Positions 37,901 to 47,280 of a stretch of 64,000 nucleotides of DNA are shown in pieces; position 1 is the first letter of the stretch; every line of letters begins with the position of its first letter. Source of the DNA: Nanobdellota archaeon (GTDB lineage: Archaea; Nanobdellota; Nanobdellia; Pacearchaeales; GW2011-AR1); assembly GCA_018815925.1 (NCBI GenBank), contig JAHIWS010000017.1, forward strand, positions 15,285 to 79,284, in the 5' to 3' direction. Made by a program: the position numbers and the translations under genes. The notes beneath the pieces are model-generated. The model was not told the DNA's origin. It worked only from the letters and a program-made list of their open reading frames with translations, and made no database searches.

Positions 37901-38423
37901 AACAAAAAAAGCACAACTCAAAATCCAGCAAATGGCATTTATGTTGATAGCAGTTACAATTTTTTTTGCATTAGTTGGTATGTTTGTTTTGGTATTTAAA
38001 TTTTCTGAATTAAAAGAATCAGCAAGTTTACTAGAAGAAAAAGATGCAATATTATTAGCTGAAAAACTTGCAAATTCACCTGAATTTTCATGTGGAGATA
38101 GTTTTGGAACACATAAGCTTAATTGTATTGATGCTGATAAAATAATGATTTTAAAATCAAGAATTTCAAGATATTCAAATTTTTGGGGAAGTTCTAATAT
38201 TGAAATAAGAAAAATTTACCCTGGAATTACTGGAAAAGTTCTTTGCAATTCTGGAAATTATCCTAATTGCAATATAATTAGACTTATTTCAGATGAAATA
38301 ACAGGAGTAGATGCTTCAACTTTTGTATCTTTATGTAGAAAAGAGCTTGATACAGGCTCTGATTTAGGGTTTTATAATAAATGTGAACTAGCTAAGCTTA
38401 TGGTGAGTTATGAACAAAAATAA
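37875..38423 (+). CDS. Type IV pilin-like protein
   Basis: KKAQ-LKIQQMAFMLIAV class III-like signal, NSPEFSC motif, Cys pairs. Confidence 0.65.
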   Translation: MMQIVNYGKTKKAQLKIQQMAFMLIAVTIFFALVGMFVLVFKFSELKESASLLEEKDAILLAEKLANSPEFSCGDSFGTHKLNCIDADKIMILKSRISRYSNFWGSSNIEIRKIYPGITGKVLCNSGNYPNCNIIRLISDEITGVDASTFVSLCRKELDTGSDLGFYNKCELAKLMVSYEQK

Positions 38424-38480
38424 AGGAAACTAAGGTTTTCTTATTAACCCTTCTTTTAGGAGAGGGTTAAGTCTAATAAG

Positions 38481-39002
38481 ATGGTAAAAAATAAAACAAA
38501 AAAAACTCAGGAACAAAAATCAAAGATTTTATATAAGCCTAGAAAGGCTCAAGAAGAAATGGTCGGATTTACACTAATAATAGTGATAGTAGCTGTGATT
38601 TTACTTATTTTACTAGTATTTTCTTTAAAAAAACCTCAGCAACAAGCAGTAGATAGTCATGAAGTAGAAGCCTTTATTCAAGGATTATTACAATATACAA
38701 CAGATTGCAAAGATAATTTAGAATATTTTTCAGTTGAAAAGCTTATATATGCATGCAATAGAAATGAAAATTGTTTAGATGAAAGAAATACTTGTGATGT
38801 TTTACACACTACATTAGAAGATATTTCAGATCAAAGTTGGTTAATTTCAGACTCAAGTTCCATAAAAGGATATGGTCTAAATATAACAGTAAATGAACAA
38901 GAACTGTTTTCTTTTATAAAAGGCAATTTAACTAAAATATATAAGGGCACCATACAAGTAAAACCTTCAAAAATTAACATATTTTTTAGTGTTTATTATT
39001 AA
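38481..39002 (+). CDS. Type IV pilin-like protein
   Basis: RKAQ-EEMVGFTLIIVIV class III-like signal; LQYTTDC. Confidence 0.65.
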   Translation: MVKNKTKKTQEQKSKILYKPRKAQEEMVGFTLIIVIVAVILLILLVFSLKKPQQQAVDSHEVEAFIQGLLQYTTDCKDNLEYFSVEKLIYACNRNENCLDERNTCDVLHTTLEDISDQSWLISDSSSIKGYGLNITVNEQELFSFIKGNLTKIYKGTIQVKPSKINIFFSVYY

Positions 39003-39005
39003 AAC

Positions 39006-39359
39006 TTACACCTTAACATGTATTGTAATAGTATCTACAACAATTTTAGGAACATGCCTAATTCTTTTTTGGGTTTTTTCTTCAACCAATTCAATAAAGC
39101 CAAATCTTTTGAGTAGTTTTATATCATCACTCACAGATTTAAAGCCTCTTCCTAGTTTTTTAGCTAAATCATATATTGAATTTGGGTGTTGAATCTTTAT
39201 TACATGTAAAATACGTGCTTTTTCATTGCTTAATAGCTGTCTTAAAGCTAGAATACCATCAAAATCAAAATCTTTTTTAGAAATTCCTGGTTTTTTTAAA
39301 AGAGAAAACACTCCTTTTGATTCTTTTATTGTTACTTCTCTTGTTTTTGTTGAACCCAT
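39006..39359 (-). CDS. Winged-helix transcriptional regulator (HVO_A0114/ArsR-like)
   Basis: LSNEKARIL, PNSIYDLAKKLGR.FKSV..DI.LL..FGFI. Confidence 0.82.
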   Translation of the reverse strand: MGSTKTREVTIKESKGVFSLLKKPGISKKDFDFDGILALRQLLSNEKARILHVIKIQHPNSIYDLAKKLGRGFKSVSDDIKLLKRFGFIELVEEKTQKRIRHVPKIVVDTITIHVKV

Positions 39360-39412
39360 TTTTTCTTAAATCCCTTGTTTTTATATATCTATTATTTTTA
39401 AATAGATATTTT

Positions 39413-39439
39413 TAACATATGTTTTATAGTTATATGTTA
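39413..39439. promoter_or_regulatory. Inverted repeat, candidate operator between the regulator and the S-layer gene
   Basis: TAACATAT-N11-ATATGTTA. Confidence 0.45.
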
Positions 39440-39598
39440 TTTATTAGTATATATTAAGATTAAAAACCATACATTAATAAATGTTTTGTTTTATGGGGCT
39501 TTTAAAATATGTGTTGATGACTTAGTGATAACATAAGCTTTATAAATAAAACCATTAAAAAAGAGTTTTTTTATTATATATAGGAAAAATATATATGT

Positions 39599-39872
39599 AA
39601 GCTTTATAAAGAAAAATAGTTTTTTGATATTACACTCTTTGAGTGTTCTAATAGGGTATTAGATAAAAAAGGTATTAACCAAAATGTACAATATATTAAG
39701 ATTCATAGAACAATTATTCATGCTTATCCAACCTATAGTTTACCCTATGCTATAGAGGATGTAGTTGTCATAGACAACAGAGGCTAATATAATGAAAAAA
39801 GAGAAATCAAAGATAAATCTTGAATTAACTATATTAGCTTATAGAGTTGAAAGGAGGTTAAAATAAAGAAAT
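39599..39872 (+). promoter_or_regulatory. S-layer gene promoter and about 240-nt structured 5' UTR
   Basis: AAGCTTTATAAA box (second copy at 39535); hairpins ACACTC/GAGTGT, TCTAATA/TATTAGA, GTTGTC/GACAAC, AGGCTAATATA/TATATTAGCTT; SD AAGGAGGT. Confidence 0.6.
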
Positions 39873-42374
39873 ATGAAATTTAATTTTAAAAAAATTTCTG
39901 CAATAGGAAGTAGTTTATTATTAGCTGGTATGAGCATTGCTGCTCCAATTGCTGCTGCAAACTATCCAGCACCTTTTGTTGTTGGAGGTTCAGAAGATAT
40001 CTCAGCACTTGTGTATGGAGCTAATGCTGCTACACTTGATGGTGTTTTAGCAGGTAAAATAAACGAAGATTTGAATAGTTATGTAACCACTACAACTTCT
40101 GGTACTTCAAGTACAGTTACTGGGGGAGATAGTGTTCTAATTGGGAAGTCCAGTGACCATTTAAATCTTGGAAATACCTGGTCTGTTTTTACTGGATCAG
40201 TTGGAGATGATGATTTAAGTTTATTACTTGCTGATGGAACATATAGAGCAAATGATAATGATGAGTTTGACTATGAACAAAAAATCAATCTTGGTGCTCC
40301 CACATTCTCTTTTTTTAGAGATTCAGATTACGAAGATTTGATTGGTGCTAGTGGTAAAACGCCAACACTTGGATTTAGAATCACTTCAAACACGTATATT
40401 ATGAACTATACCCTAGATTTCACAACAGATGTTGAAGATGATAGTGCAGGAGCAACTGACTTGGCAGATATAGAAGGAAGTGACTTAACTATCTTAGGTA
40501 AAACATATTATGTATCTGATGCTAAGAATGGTACTTCAAGTAGTGTTGCAGGTAAATTTACACTTTTAGACTCAGCACAGATTGGAACAGTTAGTGAAGG
40601 AGAGAGTGTAACTATCTCTGGACATGATGTTAGTATTTCCTACATGGACAATAATGAGGTTAAATTCATTGTAGATGGGAAAGATGTTCCTTCAAGTGGG
40701 AAACTTACTGCTGGAAGTAGCTATAAGTTAGATGATGGTTCATACATTGGAGTAAGAGATATAAGTAAACTTGAAATCCAAGGAGAAATTGGGACTGCTT
40801 CATTTAGTATTGGGTCAGGAAAATTAGAAGTTACTTCAGGATCTGAAGTAAAACTCAACGATGATACTATTAGTGGTGTAAGAGGATGGATCCACAAAGG
40901 AACTGCATCTGGAGGAGTTGAAAAAATAGACAAGATTGTTCTTGAATGGAGAGTTGATGGTGAAGTTTTTATAACTCCTGAATCAGAATTGATATTACCT
41001 GGTTTTGGATCTATTAAGTTTTCAATGAATTCTATCATGAGAAATACAGAAGAAAAAATCACTATTGATAGAGATGGAGATACAAGCATTGAATTAACTG
41101 CTCCAATAAAAGATGGAGATGTTAGTATAAATCTTCTTTATTCAAATGCTTCAGGAGATTGGATTGGAATTGGAAAAGACGCTACAAATAGGTTAGCAAC
41201 AGATGGAGATAGGACTCTTACTTTCATCCAAAAAGTTGGAAGTGAAGATTACCATGAAGAATTTGTTGTTTCATACAATATAACTGGCGAAGCACAATCT
41301 TATTTAATGAAAGCAAAAATTACAGAAGATAAAACTGCAGGAAGAAATGAAACAGAACTTTTGAAATATGCTAATGGAGCATGGGTAACTGTTTGTAGTG
41401 AAAAAACAGCATTAGATACATGTGATGTTGGGGATGTTACTTTAACAATTAATTCCTTAATGTCCAATTCTTCAGATAAAAATGTGTCCTTAACAGGTAG
41501 TGCAAACACTAACTTTTATACACTTTTTACTGCAGGAGGACTTAAGATAATTCTTCCTTATACAAAAGCAACTATTTTAGCATCAACAGCTGATTATGAA
41601 AAAGGTGCTTTAAATGTTACTGCTGGAAATGTAACTGGAAATAATGAAATAGAGTGGTATTTGCACATGGAAGGTGAAGACAAGGATGATAATATTGGTT
41701 CTGGAACTGGATTTAGTTTTACATTAACTTCTACTACTGCAAACAAAGTACATGTTTCTGCTGTAAACACTACTGGAGGTGGAGCTGGTTCAGGAACAGG
41801 AGGATTAACTGGTCTTGAATTAGAAGAGAGCAATAACTATTACAATTATGTGATAGATGATGTGGCTCCTAAGATCATCCATTATACAGGTGGTGATGAA
41901 GATTATGCAGAAGTATATTATCCTTCAGGAGATTCTGAAAGTTATGCAGAAGTTTTCTTAGCTGAAGTTGGTGCTCAGATTACTGCTGGAAGTGTTGGAA
42001 GTTCAGGAGGAACCTCTTTCGGATATCTTGTGGTTTCAGATAATGAAGTGGCTTCTGTGGCTAATAAAAATATAATTGTGGTTGGTGGAACTTGTATTAA
42101 TTCTGCTGCTGCTAAAGTATTAGGTGTTGCTACAGGAACTTGTGGAGCTGAATTTACAACTGCAACTGGTGTTGGAGCAGGACAGTTCTTAATACAAAGT
42201 GTTGAAGGAGCTTATACTGCTGGAAAGATTGCATTGGTTGTTGCTGGATATGAAATGGCAGAGACACAAATGGCTACAACATACCTAACAACTCAGAAGC
42301 CGGATGTAAGTGCTGGTAACAAATATACAGGTACATCTTCTACAAGTGCTACTCTTGTTACAGAAACAGCTTAG
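39873..42374 (+). CDS. S-layer protein
   Basis: MKFNFKKISAI signal peptide, YPAPFV..VYGA N-domain, IVVGG.CINS / LVVAGY C-domain, many N-x-S/T sequons, strong SD. Confidence 0.88.
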   Translation: MKFNFKKISAIGSSLLLAGMSIAAPIAAANYPAPFVVGGSEDISALVYGANAATLDGVLAGKINEDLNSYVTTTTSGTSSTVTGGDSVLIGKSSDHLNLGNTWSVFTGSVGDDDLSLLLADGTYRANDNDEFDYEQKINLGAPTFSFFRDSDYEDLIGASGKTPTLGFRITSNTYIMNYTLDFTTDVEDDSAGATDLADIEGSDLTILGKTYYVSDAKNGTSSSVAGKFTLLDSAQIGTVSEGESVTISGHDVSISYMDNNEVKFIVDGKDVPSSGKLTAGSSYKLDDGSYIGVRDISKLEIQGEIGTASFSIGSGKLEVTSGSEVKLNDDTISGVRGWIHKGTASGGVEKIDKIVLEWRVDGEVFITPESELILPGFGSIKFSMNSIMRNTEEKITIDRDGDTSIELTAPIKDGDVSINLLYSNASGDWIGIGKDATNRLATDGDRTLTFIQKVGSEDYHEEFVVSYNITGEAQSYLMKAKITEDKTAGRNETELLKYANGAWVTVCSEKTALDTCDVGDVTLTINSLMSNSSDKNVSLTGSANTNFYTLFTAGGLKIILPYTKATILASTADYEKGALNVTAGNVTGNNEIEWYLHMEGEDKDDNIGSGTGFSFTLTSTTANKVHVSAVNTTGGGAGSGTGGLTGLELEESNNYYNYVIDDVAPKIIHYTGGDEDYAEVYYPSGDSESYAEVFLAEVGAQITAGSVGSSGGTSFGYLVVSDNEVASVANKNIIVVGGTCINSAAAKVLGVATGTCGAEFTTATGVGAGQFLIQSVEGAYTAGKIALVVAGYEMAETQMATTYLTTQKPDVSAGNKYTGTSSTSATLVTETA

Positions 42375-42388
42375 TAAATCAAATTTAA

Positions 42389-42416
42389 TTTTTTCTTTTT
42401 TCTTTTTTCTTTTTTT
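42389..42416 (+). terminator. Oligo-T terminator of the S-layer gene
   Basis: Long T-tract with single C interruptions 15 nt after the stop. Confidence 0.6.
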
Positions 42417-42491
42417 AGGATATATTGGAAATCTAAGAAACCTCTTGAATGGTTAAGCAAAGTTTTTATACTCTTTATCATAAAAGAAAAT

Positions 42492-43073
42492 ATGAGAAAG
42501 ATAAACTTAAAAAATAAGAAAGAAAAGGACAAACGAACAAAACAATTTCTTGTAGGAGCCATTCTTATAGCTATAATGTTTTTTAGTGTTTTAGGATATT
42601 CTTTTAGTGGAAAAGACCAAAAAAATACAAATAAGGTGGTTTATAATGGATTTGAATTCACAAAACAAGATCCTTACTGGATTTCAGAAAAAGAAAGTTT
42701 AAAATTTGTTTTTACATATAATCCTGAAGAAACTTCTAGGATTGATTCATATTTAAAAGATTTAAATAATTATTATGGAAAACCTCTTTATATTTATTCT
42801 GATGCTGATGAATCAGAATTAGAAATTTATAGAAATCTTGATCCCAGAAATAATCCTATTGTTCAAAGAATTCAACCAGCATGTTTAGAAGAGCAGAAAT
42901 GTGAAGGAGATTTACCTATTAAAACTTGTGAAGATAATTTTATCATAATTAAAGAAGATAATATGACCACTATTGTGCAGGATAATAATTGTGTATTTAT
43001 TCAGGCTTCTAAAGAGGATTTAACAAAGATTACAGATGAATTTTTATTTAAACTATTTAAAATAGTGCAATAA
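42492..43073 (+). CDS. Hypothetical membrane-anchored Cys-containing protein
   Basis: N-terminal TM (IMFFSVLGY), YNGFEF, LPIKTC, DEFLFKL. Confidence 0.7.
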   Translation: MRKINLKNKKEKDKRTKQFLVGAILIAIMFFSVLGYSFSGKDQKNTNKVVYNGFEFTKQDPYWISEKESLKFVFTYNPEETSRIDSYLKDLNNYYGKPLYIYSDADESELEIYRNLDPRNNPIVQRIQPACLEEQKCEGDLPIKTCEDNFIIIKEDNMTTIVQDNNCVFIQASKEDLTKITDEFLFKLFKIVQ

Positions 43074-43104
43074 ATCTTATAAACTAAAAAAATAGAAAAG
43101 AATA

Positions 43105-43767
43105 ATGGAATGGAAAAGAGATAAAGAAGAGGAGAACAAAAAAGAGCTAGAAGAAAAAATAAAAAATAACTTAGATATTGAACAAAATAAAACTCTAAAA
43201 AAAATTTTTGTTTTTCTTGGTGTTTTTATACTAATTATAACTTTATGGGTAATTTTTATTAATTCTACTAAACATTTTGAGTACAGAGGTATAACAGGAA
43301 ATGTTATTAAAGAAGGAGAACTAATTTTTTATCAAACTACTGTTCCAATGAAATATCAAGGAGAGTGGGTGGATTACAATATTTTTTTAAGAAATAGTCC
43401 TAAAAGTTTGGAGAGGATTCCTTTTGATGGAGAAATTAATTTATTACATAATATGGTTTTAGAAAGTGAGGAAGAGTTTTCATGTGATGGAAAAGGAATT
43501 ATTTCTATTGTAAATTTAAAAAATTTATATAATGTAGTAGGGACAAAAGTAATAAAAGATGAAAATGCAACCTGTGACCCAGAAGGAAGATATATGTTTT
43601 TAAGAATTCAAAATGGAGATGTGACAAGTATAGAACAAGTAGGTCCTGCCTGTTACAACCTTAATGTTAACAATTGTGAAATTTTAGAAGTAACAGAAAA
43701 ATTTATGGTTGAAACTCTTGTTAAAGCAAATGAGATAGTTAATGAAAATAAGGAAAATTTTTCTTAA
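43105..43767 (+). CDS. Hypothetical membrane-anchored Cys-containing protein (possible distant paralog of the previous gene)
   Basis: N-terminal TM, FEYRG, ATC, CY.L....CE....EKF; same architecture as 42492-43073. Confidence 0.7.
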   Translation: MEWKRDKEEENKKELEEKIKNNLDIEQNKTLKKIFVFLGVFILIITLWVIFINSTKHFEYRGITGNVIKEGELIFYQTTVPMKYQGEWVDYNIFLRNSPKSLERIPFDGEINLLHNMVLESEEEFSCDGKGIISIVNLKNLYNVVGTKVIKDENATCDPEGRYMFLRIQNGDVTSIEQVGPACYNLNVNNCEILEVTEKFMVETLVKANEIVNENKENFS

Positions 43768-44386
43768 TTTTTTTCTTTTTCAAGATTATATAAACTAATA
43801 TTGTTAGTAAAGAAAAAAATAAGAGAATAAGAGTCATAAAATTCATGTTCTGATAAATCCACTCAAGATTAGTTCCAAAAACATATCCAAGATAAATTAA
43901 AACTAGAGCCCAGATTCCTGCTCCTAATGCAGTAAAAAAAGTAAATTTAAAAAAATTCATTCTTGAAAATCCTGCTGGAAGAGAAATTAGTTGTCTTATC
44001 ATAGGAATAAGTCTTCCAGCAAAAGTTGTGATTTCTCCGTGTTTTTTAAAATAAAGGTCTGCTTCACTTAATTTTCTTTTATTTAAAAATAAAAATTTTC
44101 CATGTTTTGAAATAAGATAATCAACTGTTTTTCTCCCCAGGAAAAAGGCTAAAAAGAAATTAATAAAAGCCCCAATCAGACTTCCTAATAATCCTGCAAA
44201 AAAAACAAAGAAAAAATTCATTTCTCCCCTAGCAATAAGTGCTCCTGCAGGAATTAAAATAACTTCACTTGGAAAAGGAAAAAAAGAACTTTCAATAGTC
44301 ATCCCCAAAAAAATACCTAAGTAACCTAAATTTCCTATAAAAGATAAAATACTTTCTATTAATTGAGATATTATTTCTAAAACCAT
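43739..44386 (-). CDS. dedA: DedA family membrane protein
   Basis: ESSFFPFPSEVILIPAG, FKKHG, GRLIPMIRQLISLPAG. Confidence 0.93.
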   Translation of the reverse strand: MVLEIISQLIESILSFIGNLGYLGIFLGMTIESSFFPFPSEVILIPAGALIARGEMNFFFVFFAGLLGSLIGAFINFFLAFFLGRKTVDYLISKHGKFLFLNKRKLSEADLYFKKHGEITTFAGRLIPMIRQLISLPAGFSRMNFFKFTFFTALGAGIWALVLIYLGYVFGTNLEWIYQNMNFMTLILLFFSLLTILVYIILKKKKIKKNFPYFH

Positions 44387-44387
44387 T

Positions 44388-44921
44388 TTATTTTTTTAAT
44401 AGGGATTTAGAATATAAAAACTTTACATCTGAATAAAAAGGAATTTCTTTTATCTTAAACATTTTTACTTCTGTGAACCAGATTCCAATAACAAAAACAA
44501 TGCTTATCAAATACCAAAATAATTTATGAGTTATATCAAACAAAGAAGAACTTGTCACATTCAAAACATCCAATAAAAAAATCCTTAAAATATTTAAGAT
44601 TAAAAAAACTACAAAAGCAAACAAAATCATTTTTATTCTTTTAGAAAATTTTATTTGTGGAACAGAAAGATTAAATATAAGCAAAAGATAATAAGCAGAT
44701 CCTGCAACACAAGCAGGAATTAAGGTTATAGAGGATTCTCCTATTATTAAAATATTTTGGATAATTAAAATATCAAAGAATATATCCAATAAGAAGTAAA
44801 CAGGATAAATTGTAAGTGGAGTAAATATAAAATACAAAACATTTATTCCAACCCCCAGGGCAATCAGAATTAGGTATCTTGTTAAAATGCTAAATATACC
44901 TCTTTTCCATACCATTTCCAT
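44388..44921 (-). CDS. Archaeosortase/exosortase family protein (short, Pacearchaeota type)
   Basis: Multi-TM protein with Cys (LIPACVAG), Arg (LNILRI) and His (THKLF) in exosortase-like order. Confidence 0.78.
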   Translation of the reverse strand: MEMVWKRGIFSILTRYLILIALGVGINVLYFIFTPLTIYPVYFLLDIFFDILIIQNILIIGESSITLIPACVAGSAYYLLLIFNLSVPQIKFSKRIKMILFAFVVFLILNILRIFLLDVLNVTSSSLFDITHKLFWYLISIVFVIGIWFTEVKMFKIKEIPFYSDVKFLYSKSLLKK

Positions 44922-44970
44922 ATATGCAAAAGAAAAATATTATTTAAATAGTTGACCCTTAGAGTATTAT

Positions 44971-45267
44971 TTAAAAGTCACAGCTATCATTATAAGTTCT
45001 TCCTTTTAGTGGGCCTTCTAATATTGTTAAACTATAATCTACTGTTTCACTACCGCTTTTTAGAGTATAAGAAGAACAATCATATTTAACTGTTTTACCT
45101 AAAAGAGCTGCCTGAAAAGGAAGTAGACTAAAATCAGAATTAGTTTCAAAAGGAAACTCTACTTCTAATTTATCACCTTCTTTTTTTTCTATATCAAAAG
45201 TAAAAAATCCGTTGTGAATACTCCCCAAATCAACTACTTTTCCTTCAACTGTTGTATGATGTGTCAT
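44971..45267 (-). CDS. Hypothetical protein (beta-rich, possibly OB-fold)
   Basis: 98-aa ORF beginning VEGKVVD; no family recognised. Confidence 0.55.
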   Translation of the reverse strand: MTHHTTVEGKVVDLGSIHNGFFTFDIEKKEGDKLEVEFPFETNSDFSLLPFQAALLGKTVKYDCSSYTLKSGSETVDYSLTILEGPLKGRTYNDSCDF

Positions 45268-45285
45268 TTTTATATAATTAAAGAA

Positions 45286-47196
45286 TTATCTCTTAGCAAC
45301 TCTTACTGCTACGATTATGATTATAATAACAAGAATTATATTTAATAATCCAATTCCCCATAGATATGCATTGCCTCCACCAATAATTCCTCCAGTAATT
45401 CCTGCAAAACCTGTCTTTTCAATTGTAACAGAAGCAGGTTGACTTAAAATCAATTTATTGTTTGAAGTAACATCAATATAAAAAATTTGTTCCCCTGAAA
45501 TACCTTTGTTTACTATAAAAGTAAATAATGCATCTCCTGAATCTCCAGGAGCTAAAACAAGTGTTTTAAGGTTAACATCTGTTAATTCAGCCCAATCAGA
45601 ATACCCTGAAACATCTAATCCATATGCTGCTAAAACATCACTTGGGTTGGTTATTGTCGCTCTAACTACTAATTCTTTTCCTGCTTGACCTCCAGATTCT
45701 AATTGTGCAGTAACAAGAACATTCCCTACATCTGGAGTACTAACACTTTCTCCTTCTATTATGATTGGAAACCTAAATAATGCACTATCTTCTTCTTCAT
45801 CAGTTTCATAAAGATTATCATCATCATAAACTCTAAATTCAATATAATAAGTTCCCTTTTTTGCATCTCCTGGTATTTTTATAGTTGCTTCTAATTTTTC
45901 ACTATCAAATTCTTTTACCTCTCCAATAGTGATTTTTTTGTTTATTCCTAAACTACTCTCAGAAATGAATACCATAACATCATCTTGATCATTGTCTCCA
46001 ACATTCCAAACATCTGCAGTTAAATGTAATTCACTTCCTGGGGAAATTGTTGATTCTTGGATATTAATATCATCTAAAATAACAAAATTATCATCAGTTA
46101 TTACTTCTACTTCTTGAGAATCCCAATCACAAGTGTTTTCATTATCATATTCATCAGCATCATTATCATTTATTTTTCCTGTTGCTTTAACATAAAAAAT
46201 TGCATTTTCTCCTTTAAAATCATCTATATTTTTATTTAATTTAAATGTTATAGTAATTGTTTTATCATCATTGTAATCAAGATTAAAATTACTTTCATCT
46301 CCTTTCATTATTCTTTTACCATCTGTTGTATATAATTCCCATTCAATTTTTATTTTATCTATATCCCAGCTTCCATCAATATCTACATCTGTGTCAATTT
46401 CTATTTCATCAAAAAGATACCAGTATGAGTCATCATCTCCAAAACCTTCTTTAACATTTATTTGATCTATTGTTATGTCTAATTGCCCTGGATTTGGGTT
46501 ATCACAAAAAGAACCTATTGTGTTAACTCTTTCTGAGGCAGTAGTTGTTCCAGAAGTTGCAGTAACTGTTACAAAATTTGAGCCAAAATTTAAATTACTT
46601 AAGTCACTTGTTATAGTAATTATAACATTTTGGGATGCTCCAGCATTTAAATTAAAATTATTTGTATTAAAAGAAATATCAAAATCACTTCCAGATTTAA
46701 CTAAAGAAATTCCTGTTAAAACAGTGTTTCCCTTGTTTGTTATAGTCATAGTTCCTGAATTGCTTCCTTGTGATATTGTTAAAGGAGTAATTGAAAGAGA
46801 AGGAGAATCATTAATAGTAATTGTTGAAAAAGTTAAAGAATCAGTGTCTGTGGTATTAGTATCCTTTACAATAATTTCAGCATCATTAATGCTCCCTGAT
46901 GCATGTTCATTGATTTTTAGTGTTGCTGTTAAAGATAAATTATCTCCTGCATTTATAGAAGTTATTTTTGGTAATGATGTCCAAGTAGCTTTTGCAGGAT
47001 TAATAGTGTCTGACCAATCAAGATTTGTATAATCAGCATCTGATTCTAAATTAAAACTAATTGTAATTTCAGTATTATGCTCTGCTGTAGAAGGTACAGT
47101 AACTTCAGTTAAAGTTAAAGTAGCACTAGCAATACCTATAAATAAGAAAAGTACAAATATACTTAGACTATTCAAAACAATTGATTTTGTTATCAT
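45286..47196 (-). CDS. Putative S-layer-associated surface protein with Ig/CARDB-like domains and a C-terminal anchor
   Basis: Signal peptide, ITNKGN and VWNVG Ig-type motifs, acidic; ends GITGGIIG + TM + RVAKR. Confidence 0.78.
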   Translation of the reverse strand: MITKSIVLNSLSIFVLFLFIGIASATLTLTEVTVPSTAEHNTEITISFNLESDADYTNLDWSDTINPAKATWTSLPKITSINAGDNLSLTATLKINEHASGSINDAEIIVKDTNTTDTDSLTFSTITINDSPSLSITPLTISQGSNSGTMTITNKGNTVLTGISLVKSGSDFDISFNTNNFNLNAGASQNVIITITSDLSNLNFGSNFVTVTATSGTTTASERVNTIGSFCDNPNPGQLDITIDQINVKEGFGDDDSYWYLFDEIEIDTDVDIDGSWDIDKIKIEWELYTTDGKRIMKGDESNFNLDYNDDKTITITFKLNKNIDDFKGENAIFYVKATGKINDNDADEYDNENTCDWDSQEVEVITDDNFVILDDINIQESTISPGSELHLTADVWNVGDNDQDDVMVFISESSLGINKKITIGEVKEFDSEKLEATIKIPGDAKKGTYYIEFRVYDDDNLYETDEEEDSALFRFPIIIEGESVSTPDVGNVLVTAQLESGGQAGKELVVRATITNPSDVLAAYGLDVSGYSDWAELTDVNLKTLVLAPGDSGDALFTFIVNKGISGEQIFYIDVTSNNKLILSQPASVTIEKTGFAGITGGIIGGGNAYLWGIGLLNIILVIIIIIVAVRVAKR

Positions 47197-47280
47197 TTTG
47201 TTATCATTTTTGCGTTACTATGGTTTATAAAGTTTTCTATGTTTTAACATATAGTTTATAGAAAAAATATAATTTAAAGT

